A stretch of 64,000 nucleotides of DNA from IMG/VR virus record IMGVR_UViG_3300022555_000016; one strand, given 5' to 3'. Every line of letters starts with the position of its first letter. The stretch's first letter is position 1. This document shows positions 49,600-59,081 of this stretch, piece by piece. The notes beneath the pieces are model-generated. The model did not search any database. It was not told the origin of the DNA and was given only the letters and a program-made list of their open reading frames with translations. A program made the position numbers and the translations under genes. This DNA comes from an uncultured virus (IMG/VR IMGVR_UViG_3300022555_000016). Lineage: Duplodnaviria > Heunggongvirae > Uroviricota > Caudoviricetes.

Positions 49600-50760
49600 T
49601 TAAACAGCCAAGTATCCTGCCATTGTACCAACCATGTTAGCAGAGTTTAAATAGGCTTGGCGAATTGAGTTCATGGCTTGGGCACCGCTGAGACTGGTGT
49701 TGTTGGTTACACCAAGACTAATTCCTAATACACCCATACTGCTTTGACGAATGGTCAAGTTTTTGATCTTAGGTAAGTTGTCGTTGAGCCAACTGTCAAC
49801 TTTACTAAAGGCTCCTTCAAGAGCCGGGGTCCGGTCAACACTTAAACTAACCGATTGACCTGACAGTTCAAAGTTACTAACACCTTCGGCCAATAACTGA
49901 GCACTTAAACCTTCCCAAGCGGCGGCGTAAGTCAGAGCTATATTAAACTGATTAGGCATGTTACAAATGGTGTAATTGGTTAAACTAGGATTAGCCATGT
50001 TGATCCTGTCAATACCACGAAGCAACCAATGTACCAGATCAACATCAGTGTACTGTAACTGGTTAATTATGTCTTCATTACGAGCACGATCTATGAACCG
50101 CCGCAAGTCGTTCATAAACAACAAAACTTTAGCAGATATCACATACAAAAAATGAAACTCTTGTCTGTGTTCGCCACTACCTTTGTAATTCCACTGAATA
50201 ATGAACGGTCGATTACAAGAGTTGCCAGCAATCATCCTAGCAATAGGTGGGCTAGAAAAAGAGTATTTAACCTTGTCGTAATAGGTGGCAACCGGTTCTG
50301 GATTAACCAGCCCCGACAAATACACGTTACCCTGACCGTCTAGTACTTTAATACTAAGGTCAGTAATGTCTAGATTCTTAGGTAGTATGATATGGTCTCG
50401 GAAAGGATTGTTATCAAGGACTACCTTATCGTTCTCAATGTAACTATAGTCTTCCAAAACAGGAGATACGTTAAAGAACTCAACGTTAGTACGTTTCTGC
50501 TGTTTGTTAAAAATATGCCAAGTTAACGAGTACTTTTTCTCCTGTGGAAAAATTGGAGTAGATTCAGGCAACGTAACCGTGGCAAACCACCTAGAAGGTA
50601 CTTGGTAATCCTGTTGAGCAGCTCCTGATAAAACTAAAGCCCCTTCTGGAGTACGCATAGTATAAGTAGGTGGTTTAGTAGCTACAAAAGAATCTCCGTT
50701 CTGTTCCTTAAAATAAGTTTCAATGATAAAACTCGCCCCTGGTGATACACAACTAAGCAT
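49600..50760 (-). CDS. Putative virion neck / head-tail adaptor-like protein
   Basis: 386 aa. The C-terminal LRRFID...YTDxDL...IN..P region recalls adaptor proteins (weak). Confidence 0.4.
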   Translation of the reverse strand: MLSCVSPGASFIIETYFKEQNGDSFVATKPPTYTMRTPEGALVLSGAAQQDYQVPSRWFATVTLPESTPIFPQEKKYSLTWHIFNKQQKRTNVEFFNVSPVLEDYSYIENDKVVLDNNPFRDHIILPKNLDITDLSIKVLDGQGNVYLSGLVNPEPVATYYDKVKYSFSSPPIARMIAGNSCNRPFIIQWNYKGSGEHRQEFHFLYVISAKVLLFMNDLRRFIDRARNEDIINQLQYTDVDLVHWLLRGIDRINMANPSLTNYTICNMPNQFNIALTYAAAWEGLSAQLLAEGVSNFELSGQSVSLSVDRTPALEGAFSKVDSWLNDNLPKIKNLTIRQSSMGVLGISLGVTNNTSLSGAQAMNSIRQAYLNSANMVGTMAGYLAV

Positions 50761-50823
50761 CTTGGAAAGCCTTCTTTGGTGTTTGAATGGTTGGCACGGT
50801 TGGAACAGAACTAGTCTAGTTCA

Positions 50824-51930
50824 TTAACCCACTTTAGAATCTGCATCGTTGCAATTAGCCGCAGCAGCAACTTGTTGAGATTTCAAAATGCTCTTTACCC
50901 AAGAATAGTTGGATTTAGCTATTAGCCATTGGTAGGCTAGGCTCTCCGTCTTGAACTTACCTGCATTAACTAGATAGGCCGTTTTAACTTTAAAAGCAGG
51001 AGGCACTAAGGCTGAAATAGATTTGTCAAAGTGCTCTTGGCAGTAAGGCTTAAGCTCCAAAGAAGGTTTACCGCAGAAAAGATGCCGATTTAAATTGTCT
51101 GTACCGATAGGCCAACGACATTGATGCGGCACTAACTTACTTAAAATAACGTTTTCAAAACCACCTACTGAGTTACGCTTAGGGATAATGTTTAGCTTAC
51201 CCTGTGGCCTAGTTAGATTAAGCCTATTCACCTTACCAATAATCGCGTTCTTGGTAAAGCCTGTAGCTTCCACTATTTCTTTAATAGGGGCACCAGCAGT
51301 CCACAAGTTAGAGGCAATAGCAATAAGCTCATCGGTCCACACAAGCTTTTGAACTACGGGCGGTGGAATGTACGGAAGCTGCTGAAGATGCTGGTGTGCA
51401 GCACAGCATTCAACATAATCTTTATTAGTTATTGAGGTGTCAATAACTTGTAGGTCAGGTACTGATGTTGAAACAACTGGAGTATCTACTGTGTTGCTTA
51501 TATTGACTGGATCGCTGGGTGCAATTGGCGTAATTGATGCAATTAAGTCTATTGCTGCTGTGGCTGTTGTTGGTGTTGTGGGAACAACTGGCTCCTGGGC
51601 AGTAAAATCAAGTATAATTGGTAAAACTTCGGATACGGCAGGTACAGCTGATACATATAATACAGAGGGTAGTCCTAAAGCCTCAGCAGGAATCTCGTCC
51701 TCTACATAGGTAGATAGAGGTACTTCTTTAACCTTCTTAACTGCTGGAGCTTTAGGCTCAAACGGACAGTTAATCATTTTTAAAAGCTTTTTAAGAGTCT
51801 GGTGCTGAACACGAATAAAAAATGTCTTAAAAATCAGGTCTTGTAACTCTTTTCCTGAGGAAACAGTAGCACGTAAGGTAGGGAGAATGTCAATAAGCTC
51901 TTTAGTTATTTGCTTCTGCGTAAAGGTCAT
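50824..51930 (-). CDS. gcrA: GcrA cell-cycle regulator homolog with a ~195-aa N-terminal extension
   Basis: WTDE...LW..G....EI....GFTKNAIIGKVNRLNL and CRWPIG...FCG......PYCQEH. Confidence 0.85.
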   Translation of the reverse strand: MTFTQKQITKELIDILPTLRATVSSGKELQDLIFKTFFIRVQHQTLKKLLKMINCPFEPKAPAVKKVKEVPLSTYVEDEIPAEALGLPSVLYVSAVPAVSEVLPIILDFTAQEPVVPTTPTTATAAIDLIASITPIAPSDPVNISNTVDTPVVSTSVPDLQVIDTSITNKDYVECCAAHQHLQQLPYIPPPVVQKLVWTDELIAIASNLWTAGAPIKEIVEATGFTKNAIIGKVNRLNLTRPQGKLNIIPKRNSVGGFENVILSKLVPHQCRWPIGTDNLNRHLFCGKPSLELKPYCQEHFDKSISALVPPAFKVKTAYLVNAGKFKTESLAYQWLIAKSNYSWVKSILKSQQVAAAANCNDADSKVG

Positions 51931-51971
51931 GATTCTCTCATTAAGTTAAGTGTTAAGAAACTGCGTATTAC

Positions 51972-52035
51972 GCTAATCGCGTGTCAAGCCATGCTAATCG
52001 CGTGTCAAGCCATGCTAATCGCGTGTCAAGCCATG
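51972..52035. repeat. 21-bp tandem repeat, three copies (GCTAATCGCGTGTCAAGCCAT)
   Basis: Identical units at 51972, 51993 and 52014. Each reads TTGACA on the minus strand. Confidence 0.95.
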
Positions 52036-52733
52036 TTGAACGATTTAAGCAAAGGCTCAAGGTTACCTGGGGAGTCGATACCAATAGTGAAAGAGCCCGG
52101 CTCGTAGAACCGATTTAACACTGTTATCTTAGACTCTTGATCAAACGAAACTACGATCAGAAACTGATCAAAAGTAAAACCGTTCTTGTCAGATACTTTT
52201 CCAATGTTGAGGTAGGAGGTGTACTGATCGTTTCCTGAGTACAAAGTGGAAACTATTGGCTTAATATTTGTTAATTTTCCAACTTCTTTTATGGTGTTAG
52301 TTAGAATAGTAGAGTAGTTGTCAGGAAGAATAATAGCTGCAGTACTCTTACAGAATCCAGATTCCATAGCTTCGGTGAGAGTACATAAAGTGTCTTCAAC
52401 TACCACTTTTGCTTTTACAACAATGTGTTCAGATTGTGGAAACTCGTTAGTTAACTGAATATGAGCATGCATAACGGCATCGTAACAAGCGCGTAGTGTT
52501 CCCATACTAGACGTTATTTTAATCAATTGGTGTTCTTTATTGGCTTTAGACTTTAACCTCTCTACAGCTTTAGACTTGGTGTTACTTGAAGTAGAAGACG
52601 TTATTTCCACTGTTGACCTTATTAGGTCTAAACCGTTAAACACCCGGTTAATAGCTGCTACTTCATTCTTAACAGTAGTTAACATCTTCCTAAGCTCAGT
52701 TACTGAAGAATAATGTCTGATATCAATGTTCAC
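52026..52733 (-). CDS. Hypothetical protein
   Basis: 235 aa, AAGGA RBS. Confidence 0.7.
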   Translation of the reverse strand: MNIDIRHYSSVTELRKMLTTVKNEVAAINRVFNGLDLIRSTVEITSSTSSNTKSKAVERLKSKANKEHQLIKITSSMGTLRACYDAVMHAHIQLTNEFPQSEHIVVKAKVVVEDTLCTLTEAMESGFCKSTAAIILPDNYSTILTNTIKEVGKLTNIKPIVSTLYSGNDQYTSYLNIGKVSDKNGFTFDQFLIVVSFDQESKITVLNRFYEPGSFTIGIDSPGNLEPLLKSFNMA

Positions 52734-52782
52734 TTGGTGCGTCCTTATTTATTGAGAAGCTGTAGCAACCACCGAAGGGCAA

Positions 52783-54459
52783 TTAAATGTTACCTAACGA
52801 CTCGGAAGGGATGTCAGTAAAGTCATCTAAAATTAGAATTTCGTTTCGGCGATACATTCCGTTTCTAAACCAAGCTTCTTGAGCCGAGGAGTCCGATGGA
52901 TTGTTAACTTTACTTACATTAGGAGAAGCTGGTTGCATTGCAAAAGGTTTGGAATAAGCGTCGACTCCTAAAGCAGATTCCATCAGCGTTATGTTAAAAT
53001 TAGTATCCACGGCGAACCAGTCAACTTGGAAAAAGTTAGTCGGAGGGCTAACGAATCCAACGGAATTGAGGTAGTTACTGGACAATTCTTTAATTGTCCC
53101 ACTGACTTTCTTAGGTTTTAACTTAGGAGGATTTCTGAATTTATGATTACTGTACTGACGATAGTGCTCTTCCCCAGCATAAACGTGTTGCCCTTGAATT
53201 TGCTCTAGTCCAGTAAACGCCATGTTAACAGTACGGTTAAATCCAAGCCTTAGGTTCTGGAGGACTTCGTAGCTCTGCACCGCCCTTACCGAGACGTTCC
53301 AACTCAATATCTGACGCTTAGCTGTCATAGCATCTGGGACAGAGGTTGCCTTCCAAAGATCATCATATTTGTTACAATAGATAACGTCGCCTGACTTAAC
53401 TTCGGCCAGTTTAGAAGACAGTACCATTGTGGTATCCACCATGTGTCCAACTTTGTCTAACGACTCGGTCGGAGTAATAGGAGGCATTTGTCCCTTGTTC
53501 CATTCGGCGTACTGGATAACAAACTCTAGGTGAGTGAATACCGCTAAGCCTTCAGTTAATGCTACTGAAGGACGAACACGGATATCCAACACTGTAGGAA
53601 TTCCTATTCTACTATTTAAAAAGTCGTTTGTCAAGTCAAACCATTGTAACGTGTTAGAAATTCTTACTTCAGCCTTTAGGCCAGACGTAGGCTTAGTATT
53701 GCTACGAATATTGATGTTATACGACTTAATCCAAAAAGTAGGAAGTTCAATACCTAACCACGTCACCGAATTGGACGGATTAAACTCAGAAGTGAACGAA
53801 TACGGGTAGGTTTCACGATCTAAGATAAAACCGTTCATCACAAATTTGTAAAAACCTGAAGCTTCAAGTAGAAACCGGCTACCGTTATGCAAGGAATAGT
53901 TGTCTCTCCATCCGGTGGACATGCAGATACCGCACACCGTAGATGAGCCTCCAAACGCCCCTAATGCACTATCGTCCCCTAAAGAGAGCAAGGCTAAAAT
54001 ATCATTGATCTCCTGGTCGCCCTCTGGTAAAATACCTAAGTTAACCTGATCATCGATTGTCCGTGTAGGTTCTATAGTATTGTCGTTAGTACGAGGTTTG
54101 TAGATACTCTCGTTGAGCGGAAAACTCTTTTGTATCTTACCAGGAGTCCTCATAATAAACTTAGGAGTAGGCCCGTCCTGTCTATCTTGGTCACTTAAAG
54201 ATTCGTCAGACGGATCGGTGTCTCTATTAACGTATAATGGGTCCTTCTTCTTCAGATTGGCGCAAGTGCATGGGTAGCCACGAGCTTCTGCTTTCTGAAA
54301 AATGACAATCTCCACGCTGTCAACCTGTAAAGAAGTCTCTAATTGACTGTTCGCTCTACTGACCAAATGGTCCAATCTTTTCTGTGCTCTGTGCTGAGTT
54401 CCAAAATTATGTTGTGCTTGCTGTTTGACGTAAGAGTTGTTTCCGAATAATCTGGTCAT
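52783..54459 (-). CDS. Putative head-completion / neck protein with a Cys cluster
   Basis: CTC...CGICMSTG motif. Promoter motif at 54513-54521. Confidence 0.4.
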   Translation of the reverse strand: MTRLFGNNSYVKQQAQHNFGTQHRAQKRLDHLVSRANSQLETSLQVDSVEIVIFQKAEARGYPCTCANLKKKDPLYVNRDTDPSDESLSDQDRQDGPTPKFIMRTPGKIQKSFPLNESIYKPRTNDNTIEPTRTIDDQVNLGILPEGDQEINDILALLSLGDDSALGAFGGSSTVCGICMSTGWRDNYSLHNGSRFLLEASGFYKFVMNGFILDRETYPYSFTSEFNPSNSVTWLGIELPTFWIKSYNINIRSNTKPTSGLKAEVRISNTLQWFDLTNDFLNSRIGIPTVLDIRVRPSVALTEGLAVFTHLEFVIQYAEWNKGQMPPITPTESLDKVGHMVDTTMVLSSKLAEVKSGDVIYCNKYDDLWKATSVPDAMTAKRQILSWNVSVRAVQSYEVLQNLRLGFNRTVNMAFTGLEQIQGQHVYAGEEHYRQYSNHKFRNPPKLKPKKVSGTIKELSSNYLNSVGFVSPPTNFFQVDWFAVDTNFNITLMESALGVDAYSKPFAMQPASPNVSKVNNPSDSSAQEAWFRNGMYRRNEILILDDFTDIPSESLGNI

Positions 54460-54769
54460 TACTGTGACTTTCTATGGTATTTTGCCAATAATTGGGTCAT
54501 TTTATCTATGTAAAAATTAGGCCGTTAAATGACCCCACTTCTATATACAATGGGTCAATTTTTATAGTAAATAGGGAGAAATTTCTCATGAAAATAATTT
54601 ATTTCAGGGTAATTCTTCTATCCAATTTTTATCGTAAACCTAAAAAATTAAGGTTGACTTTTTTACTGAGTTCATATATAATAACAAAATTAACACCTCC
54701 TTACAATAAAATTAAATTATCTAATAAGTTCCAATTAGCTGCAAGCCTATTAACCTGAAAGTTATTACC

Positions 54770-55399
54770 GTGATCAAAGCCTCTAAGAAGGTTAAACGAG
54801 ACAAACCAAGAGCCTTAGCGACTCGAAAGACGCCTGCGTTTATAGTTCATACTACAATCGGATTCGATCCAGGCTCGAAGAACTTTGGTGTCAGTGCTAC
54901 TAGAATGAAGTGGGCCAAAAAGGACAATAAACTGATAGATATTGAGTATATTTACACTGGGAAGTTACACTATCCAATACAATCGTTAAAGACTGAAGTT
55001 GTCCAAGAGAACCTAGCTAAATTCCTACAAGAGATACGTGACCTTGTCAATAAGTACAAGCCTGATGAGATCGTAATTGAAAGATTCCAGATTCGCGGTA
55101 AGGCGTCAGCGTTTCTTGGAACTATCATTGAACTAGTCAATGTTATGATTGGATCAGTGCTTACAATAGCCTATAGTAAGGGATTAGTAGTAACTCTCCT
55201 CCTAGCAGTCACTTGGAAATCGGCAGTTAACCGTGCAAAGCTAGATTTCAAAAAGCATCTTTATCCAATAAACAGAAAAAATAATCACGTCATAGACGCT
55301 GCGTTAATGACGCTATACACTACAGATACTCTAGACGCTTTGCACGATCCTAAATTCTGGATACCGTTCGCCGACACGTTAAGCCAAGTCAAAGGCTAA
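54770..55399 (+). CDS. RuvC-like Holliday junction resolvase
   Basis: IGFDPGSKNFG, IVIERFQ, WK, HVIDA acidic triad. Confidence 0.75.
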   Translation: MIKASKKVKRDKPRALATRKTPAFIVHTTIGFDPGSKNFGVSATRMKWAKKDNKLIDIEYIYTGKLHYPIQSLKTEVVQENLAKFLQEIRDLVNKYKPDEIVIERFQIRGKASAFLGTIIELVNVMIGSVLTIAYSKGLVVTLLLAVTWKSAVNRAKLDFKKHLYPINRKNNHVIDAALMTLYTTDTLDALHDPKFWIPFADTLSQVKG

Positions 55400-55404
55400 G
55401 AGCC

Positions 55405-55650
55405 ATGAGAAATAATCAAGTAATAATAACTATAGTTGAACTGTGGGACAAAGCTAAAGAGTTTCATATCCTTGACGACTACCTAACTAGGTGGGACGAT
55501 CTGGCTGAAGTCCACGTCAAAAGTTACCTCGGTTTAGCTATTGAGTTCTTTGACAAGACCCACAAGGGCAAAGACATAGTTATCGATACCACTCTAGTAA
55601 CACCTGAGATACAGGCTAAACTATCCAATGTTCCAATTCTCTTGAACTAG
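55405..55650 (+). CDS. Hypothetical protein
   Basis: 81 aa in a plus-strand operon. Confidence 0.6.
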   Translation: MRNNQVIITIVELWDKAKEFHILDDYLTRWDDLAEVHVKSYLGLAIEFFDKTHKGKDIVIDTTLVTPEIQAKLSNVPILLN

Positions 55651-55665
55651 AAGGATGCATTTAAA

Positions 55666-56277
55666 ATGACGCAAGCACCTGTACTTGAAAAGCAAGCTGA
55701 TCCTATTAAGATTATCCTGGCAGAAGTTAAGGACGAACTGGCTAAATCGTCTAACCTCCGTAAGCTGCCAGTGTACAACAAGGAACCGGCCGAGGTTATC
55801 GGTGAAGTAGTAATAGAGTTTAGTACAGATACCTTCAAAAACGTCAACTTAGATAAGCGTGCTACAGTTGAAGCGGCGTATGTTGAGGTATTGAGCTATC
55901 TGTTTCAAGAAGATCAGCTTTTGGAAACCTTCGCGAAGGTATTACCTGAGCATTTAACATTACACTCGGTTACTGCTAATACTAATCCTAGTAAACTGTT
56001 CCTGTCAAAGAACGGTATGGATTCCTTAGTAAACAACAAGAAGTTCCAAGAGTTTTACCAACCTGTCACTAAAGCTGATGTGTTGTTTAACGGTGTTCTA
56101 GGTAAGCTGTTTGACAACATTGACCTGCACACTGACAGGTACAGGTTACCGGAATGGCAACTAGCTACTAGCAACTTGTTAGTATCCGATTTCAATCAGT
56201 ACCGTGTATCTCCGATTAACATTGTTGAGAAGCTAAAAACTATTGAACACACGGTTAAGGTTTATCGGTTGAAATAG
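55666..56277 (+). CDS. Divergent major-capsid-like paralog (tentative)
   Basis: QPVTKADVLFNGVLGKLF..IDLHTDRYRxPE recalls the C-terminal half of HK97-fold jumbo-phage capsid proteins. Confidence 0.4.
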   Translation: MTQAPVLEKQADPIKIILAEVKDELAKSSNLRKLPVYNKEPAEVIGEVVIEFSTDTFKNVNLDKRATVEAAYVEVLSYLFQEDQLLETFAKVLPEHLTLHSVTANTNPSKLFLSKNGMDSLVNNKKFQEFYQPVTKADVLFNGVLGKLFDNIDLHTDRYRLPEWQLATSNLLVSDFNQYRVSPINIVEKLKTIEHTVKVYRLK

Positions 56278-56307
56278 TAACCACTTGCAAAAAGAAAGGC
56301 TTTTAAA

Positions 56308-57039
56308 ATGGCTAACGATCCAGGGAACATTAAGCAGCTAGGTCAAGATATCACAGTTGACTTAGCAAAGAACTCAATGTTGCGAAAGGTCTTAGAAAAT
56401 GTACCTGTAAACCAGGGTAGCATTCCTAAGTTTCCTACTAACGGCCATTGGGTAGATAAGCAGGTTATAACTTACGAGGACAGTGGCGATTCTAAGTGGC
56501 ACCGCTTAACCTGTAAAGATTTGTACTTATGTCCACCAGAATCCTATCTAAAGTTTGTAGAGAGTCGTAGCAATAAGAACCTCGTTAAGCTTCTTGCTAC
56601 TAAAGAAAATGAACTGTGGGAAGAAGGTTGTTCTGAAGCCGTTAAAGCTACTGGCAATATAGTAAACGTTAAAGAGTTTTACCCTGCGGTAACTTCAGCT
56701 TTGACTTTGTTGGAAGCTAAAGGTTTTGATATAGGTGCAGTTAATGTTGCGTTAGATGACTTTTTCTGCGGACACCCTTCACTGACAGGGTTGATTATTA
56801 ACCAATTTTTCCAGTTCAAGGGTCGTAAGGTCCTATTAAACTTCGTCAATAAACCCCTTGCTAATAATGTTACCATTAAGAGTTCTTGGATAACCCCGGT
56901 ACGTGATCATGGGTTCTACTCTAGTAGAGGTGTAGAAGTCATTAACGTTGATAACAGTACGGACAACGATAACGTTTTTGTATCTGAAGTCATGGCAGTA
57001 ACTATTAACCAAGGCAGTGTTGTTCAGTTAGCCTTCTGA
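56308..57039 (+). CDS. Divergent major-capsid-like paralog (tentative)
   Basis: LRKVL....NQGSIPKF, PPExY, HGxYSxRG, SEVMAVTI recall HK97-fold capsid motifs. Confidence 0.45.
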   Translation: MANDPGNIKQLGQDITVDLAKNSMLRKVLENVPVNQGSIPKFPTNGHWVDKQVITYEDSGDSKWHRLTCKDLYLCPPESYLKFVESRSNKNLVKLLATKENELWEEGCSEAVKATGNIVNVKEFYPAVTSALTLLEAKGFDIGAVNVALDDFFCGHPSLTGLIINQFFQFKGRKVLLNFVNKPLANNVTIKSSWITPVRDHGFYSSRGVEVINVDNSTDNDNVFVSEVMAVTINQGSVVQLAF

Positions 57040-57179
57040 TAGTCACAGGTCTTATGTAAGTTTGTTAAGCTATTATAAGTCCTGTCTTTAGGCCACAAAG
57101 TACTGGAGACCTGGGATGTACTACTAGACACCCTTTACCTCGAGTGCATGCACCGGGCTATTAGTTAACCTTAAACCGT
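57039..57179 (-). ncRNA. Putative omegaRNA (reRNA) scaffold of TnpB copy 2
   Basis: Identical to 47458..47598. Identity stops abruptly after CCTGTGACTAT. Confidence 0.75.
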
Positions 57180-58913
57180 TCAACCAACGTAGTTGTTGCT
57201 CCTAATTAACCGTGAGTCCTTCTGAGTCTGAATCTTGAAAGGTGTTGTTAAAACCTTCTTGACCCACTTCTGGTCAACCGTAGGCAATCCCATACGTACT
57301 TTGAACTTTCTAAGGACGTTTACCGAGGATTGAACGTCAGAGTGAACGTGAATCCCTTTAGCTGTGATATACAAGCCTCGTCGGACCCGTGTACCACTGT
57401 AATGAGGACTAGGAGCACCCTTAACGTACTTAGGAGGTAAATAGTCACCATCCATAGCAGAACCCTTACTAGTGTGAGATTCATCTTGTAAGTGGACCTG
57501 AATCCCTACTGCTACGCACTTGTAGGTCAACATCTCCACGAACCGATTGAACGGGAGTCTAGTAAAGTTCTTCATACCCTTAGCAAACTGTTTCCAGTCT
57601 AGATTCCTACCGATAACTAGGATTACGACACCATTCTCCACGAGCAGCTTAACTAGCGTGCTGGAAACGTTGTGGAGGTAGTGGTCCAGTCTATTTCTAA
57701 GCTTATTGTAAGCGGCTTGAATCTTCTTTGAGGAGTTCTGTGGTACTTTAGAAGTTAGAATCTGACTCAACTCCTGATCATACTCAGGAGGCTCGGGATA
57801 GAGGGCAGAATGAGTAGCAAAAGCTTGCTGAACCATCAAACCTAGCATAAGGTAGTTAAACGGGTTGGACTCAGGGTCTTTCAACTCCCTAAGACGTTTC
57901 CGCTTCAACTCTAGTTCTTCTTTAGCCTTAGTCCGTTCGTCTATTAACTGACGTTCCCTAGCCGGTTTAGACCAGTAGAGGTCCCGTTTAAGCTCTTCTA
58001 TCTGGTAGTAGGACCAGAGTAACAGAGACTTCAGAATCCAACCGTTGAAGGCTATTGGCTTGGGATTACCTTCGATTACCCCAGCGGCTGTAACGTTTAA
58101 CCCTAGGTCAAAGCTTGCTATGGCTTGTAGTTCTTCCTGCTTAGCAGTCCAGTTACCTGTAATCTCTTCGTTGTAGACTACTTCTACGTTGTAACCACCT
58201 ACTATTGGTATGTAGCGTACTTCAGTGATTCCAACGTCTCTTAGGACAGGTTTACCCCTGGAATCCTTCTTTATAGCTTGTTTACCGTTAGCGTCGGTAA
58301 CAACTTGAGGTTGCATGTGGAGGGTGAAGGGTATTTCCTGTTTAAACTCTGGATTCCTAGGGCAAAGGGCGATGATTCCTTTGGGAGCAATAGACTTGGA
58401 TAACCTAGCTCCTTTGACTTGTTTCTTGTTAAAGTCTTTAATCTGACCACCTGACATGGTCTGGTAGGTAAACTTAACCGGCTTACGGCTGTCGGTCCTA
58501 CGGATGTAATTATCACCCTTGAATCCAGGAGGTTGAGGACAAGCCTTGTACTTTTTAGGAAACTGTTTCTGGAGTTCCTTGCGCTTAGCCCACTCCCAAA
58601 AGTCAAACCAAGCCGCTTCGAAGGCTTTCCAGTCGTCTAGGAGCATTTTAACAGTAGCGTTAGCAATCCTAGTTGGTAACCGTTGATACTCTAGAGTTGG
58701 TTTTAACAGCTTATCTAGCTCGGATAGACTAGGAATCCTACGCCGTTGGAAGCCTAGTTGCTTGTAGTTGTCCTGGTTGTAGTTCCAGATAGAAAGTAAA
58801 AGGTAGAGACCTACGTGATAGAGTTTGGCTGACCAAAAGCAAGTACGGTCAATATTATCGTACCAAGGGTGTTTTGGGCCTACAAACTGTTTTTGAACCC
58901 TAGTTTCTAGCAT
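57180..58913 (-). CDS. tnpB: TnpB RNA-guided nuclease with rearranged RuvC-II and no Cys Zn finger
   Basis: ASFDLG (RuvC-I), IGRNxDWKQ, ESHTSK, HSDVQSSVNV (RuvC-III). 577 aa. Confidence 0.9.
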   Translation of the reverse strand: MLETRVQKQFVGPKHPWYDNIDRTCFWSAKLYHVGLYLLLSIWNYNQDNYKQLGFQRRRIPSLSELDKLLKPTLEYQRLPTRIANATVKMLLDDWKAFEAAWFDFWEWAKRKELQKQFPKKYKACPQPPGFKGDNYIRRTDSRKPVKFTYQTMSGGQIKDFNKKQVKGARLSKSIAPKGIIALCPRNPEFKQEIPFTLHMQPQVVTDANGKQAIKKDSRGKPVLRDVGITEVRYIPIVGGYNVEVVYNEEITGNWTAKQEELQAIASFDLGLNVTAAGVIEGNPKPIAFNGWILKSLLLWSYYQIEELKRDLYWSKPARERQLIDERTKAKEELELKRKRLRELKDPESNPFNYLMLGLMVQQAFATHSALYPEPPEYDQELSQILTSKVPQNSSKKIQAAYNKLRNRLDHYLHNVSSTLVKLLVENGVVILVIGRNLDWKQFAKGMKNFTRLPFNRFVEMLTYKCVAVGIQVHLQDESHTSKGSAMDGDYLPPKYVKGAPSPHYSGTRVRRGLYITAKGIHVHSDVQSSVNVLRKFKVRMGLPTVDQKWVKKVLTTPFKIQTQKDSRLIRSNNYVG

Positions 58914-59081
58914 CTCGTGAGTCCAGTTTTAAAAAGAGTCTGGGAGAAAGTTTACAAATAAAATTAAGATTCGATCTAGAAGTGAATCAGAAAAATATTC
59001 TAGATCGAATCTTACAAGAAGATTAACATTTTTATAGAAACTGAGTAAAGGTATTCAATATTAAGCTTAAGAGGATCGCAA

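Larger units (their letters stand above)
57039..59060 (-). mobile_element. TnpB-only (IS1341-like) element, copy 2
   Basis: Bounded by ATA at 57039-41 and 59058-60. Excising it leaves two plus-strand genes about 23 bp apart with an intact GAGGA RBS. Confidence 0.85.

Noticed and set aside
51910..52107. 65-aa plus-strand ORF with LIACQAM repeats
   Set aside because: It is a by-product of the 21-bp tandem repeat and is antisense to two real genes.
54492..54758. 88-aa plus-strand ORF
   Set aside because: It lies in an AT-rich divergent promoter region, starts with TTG and has no RBS.
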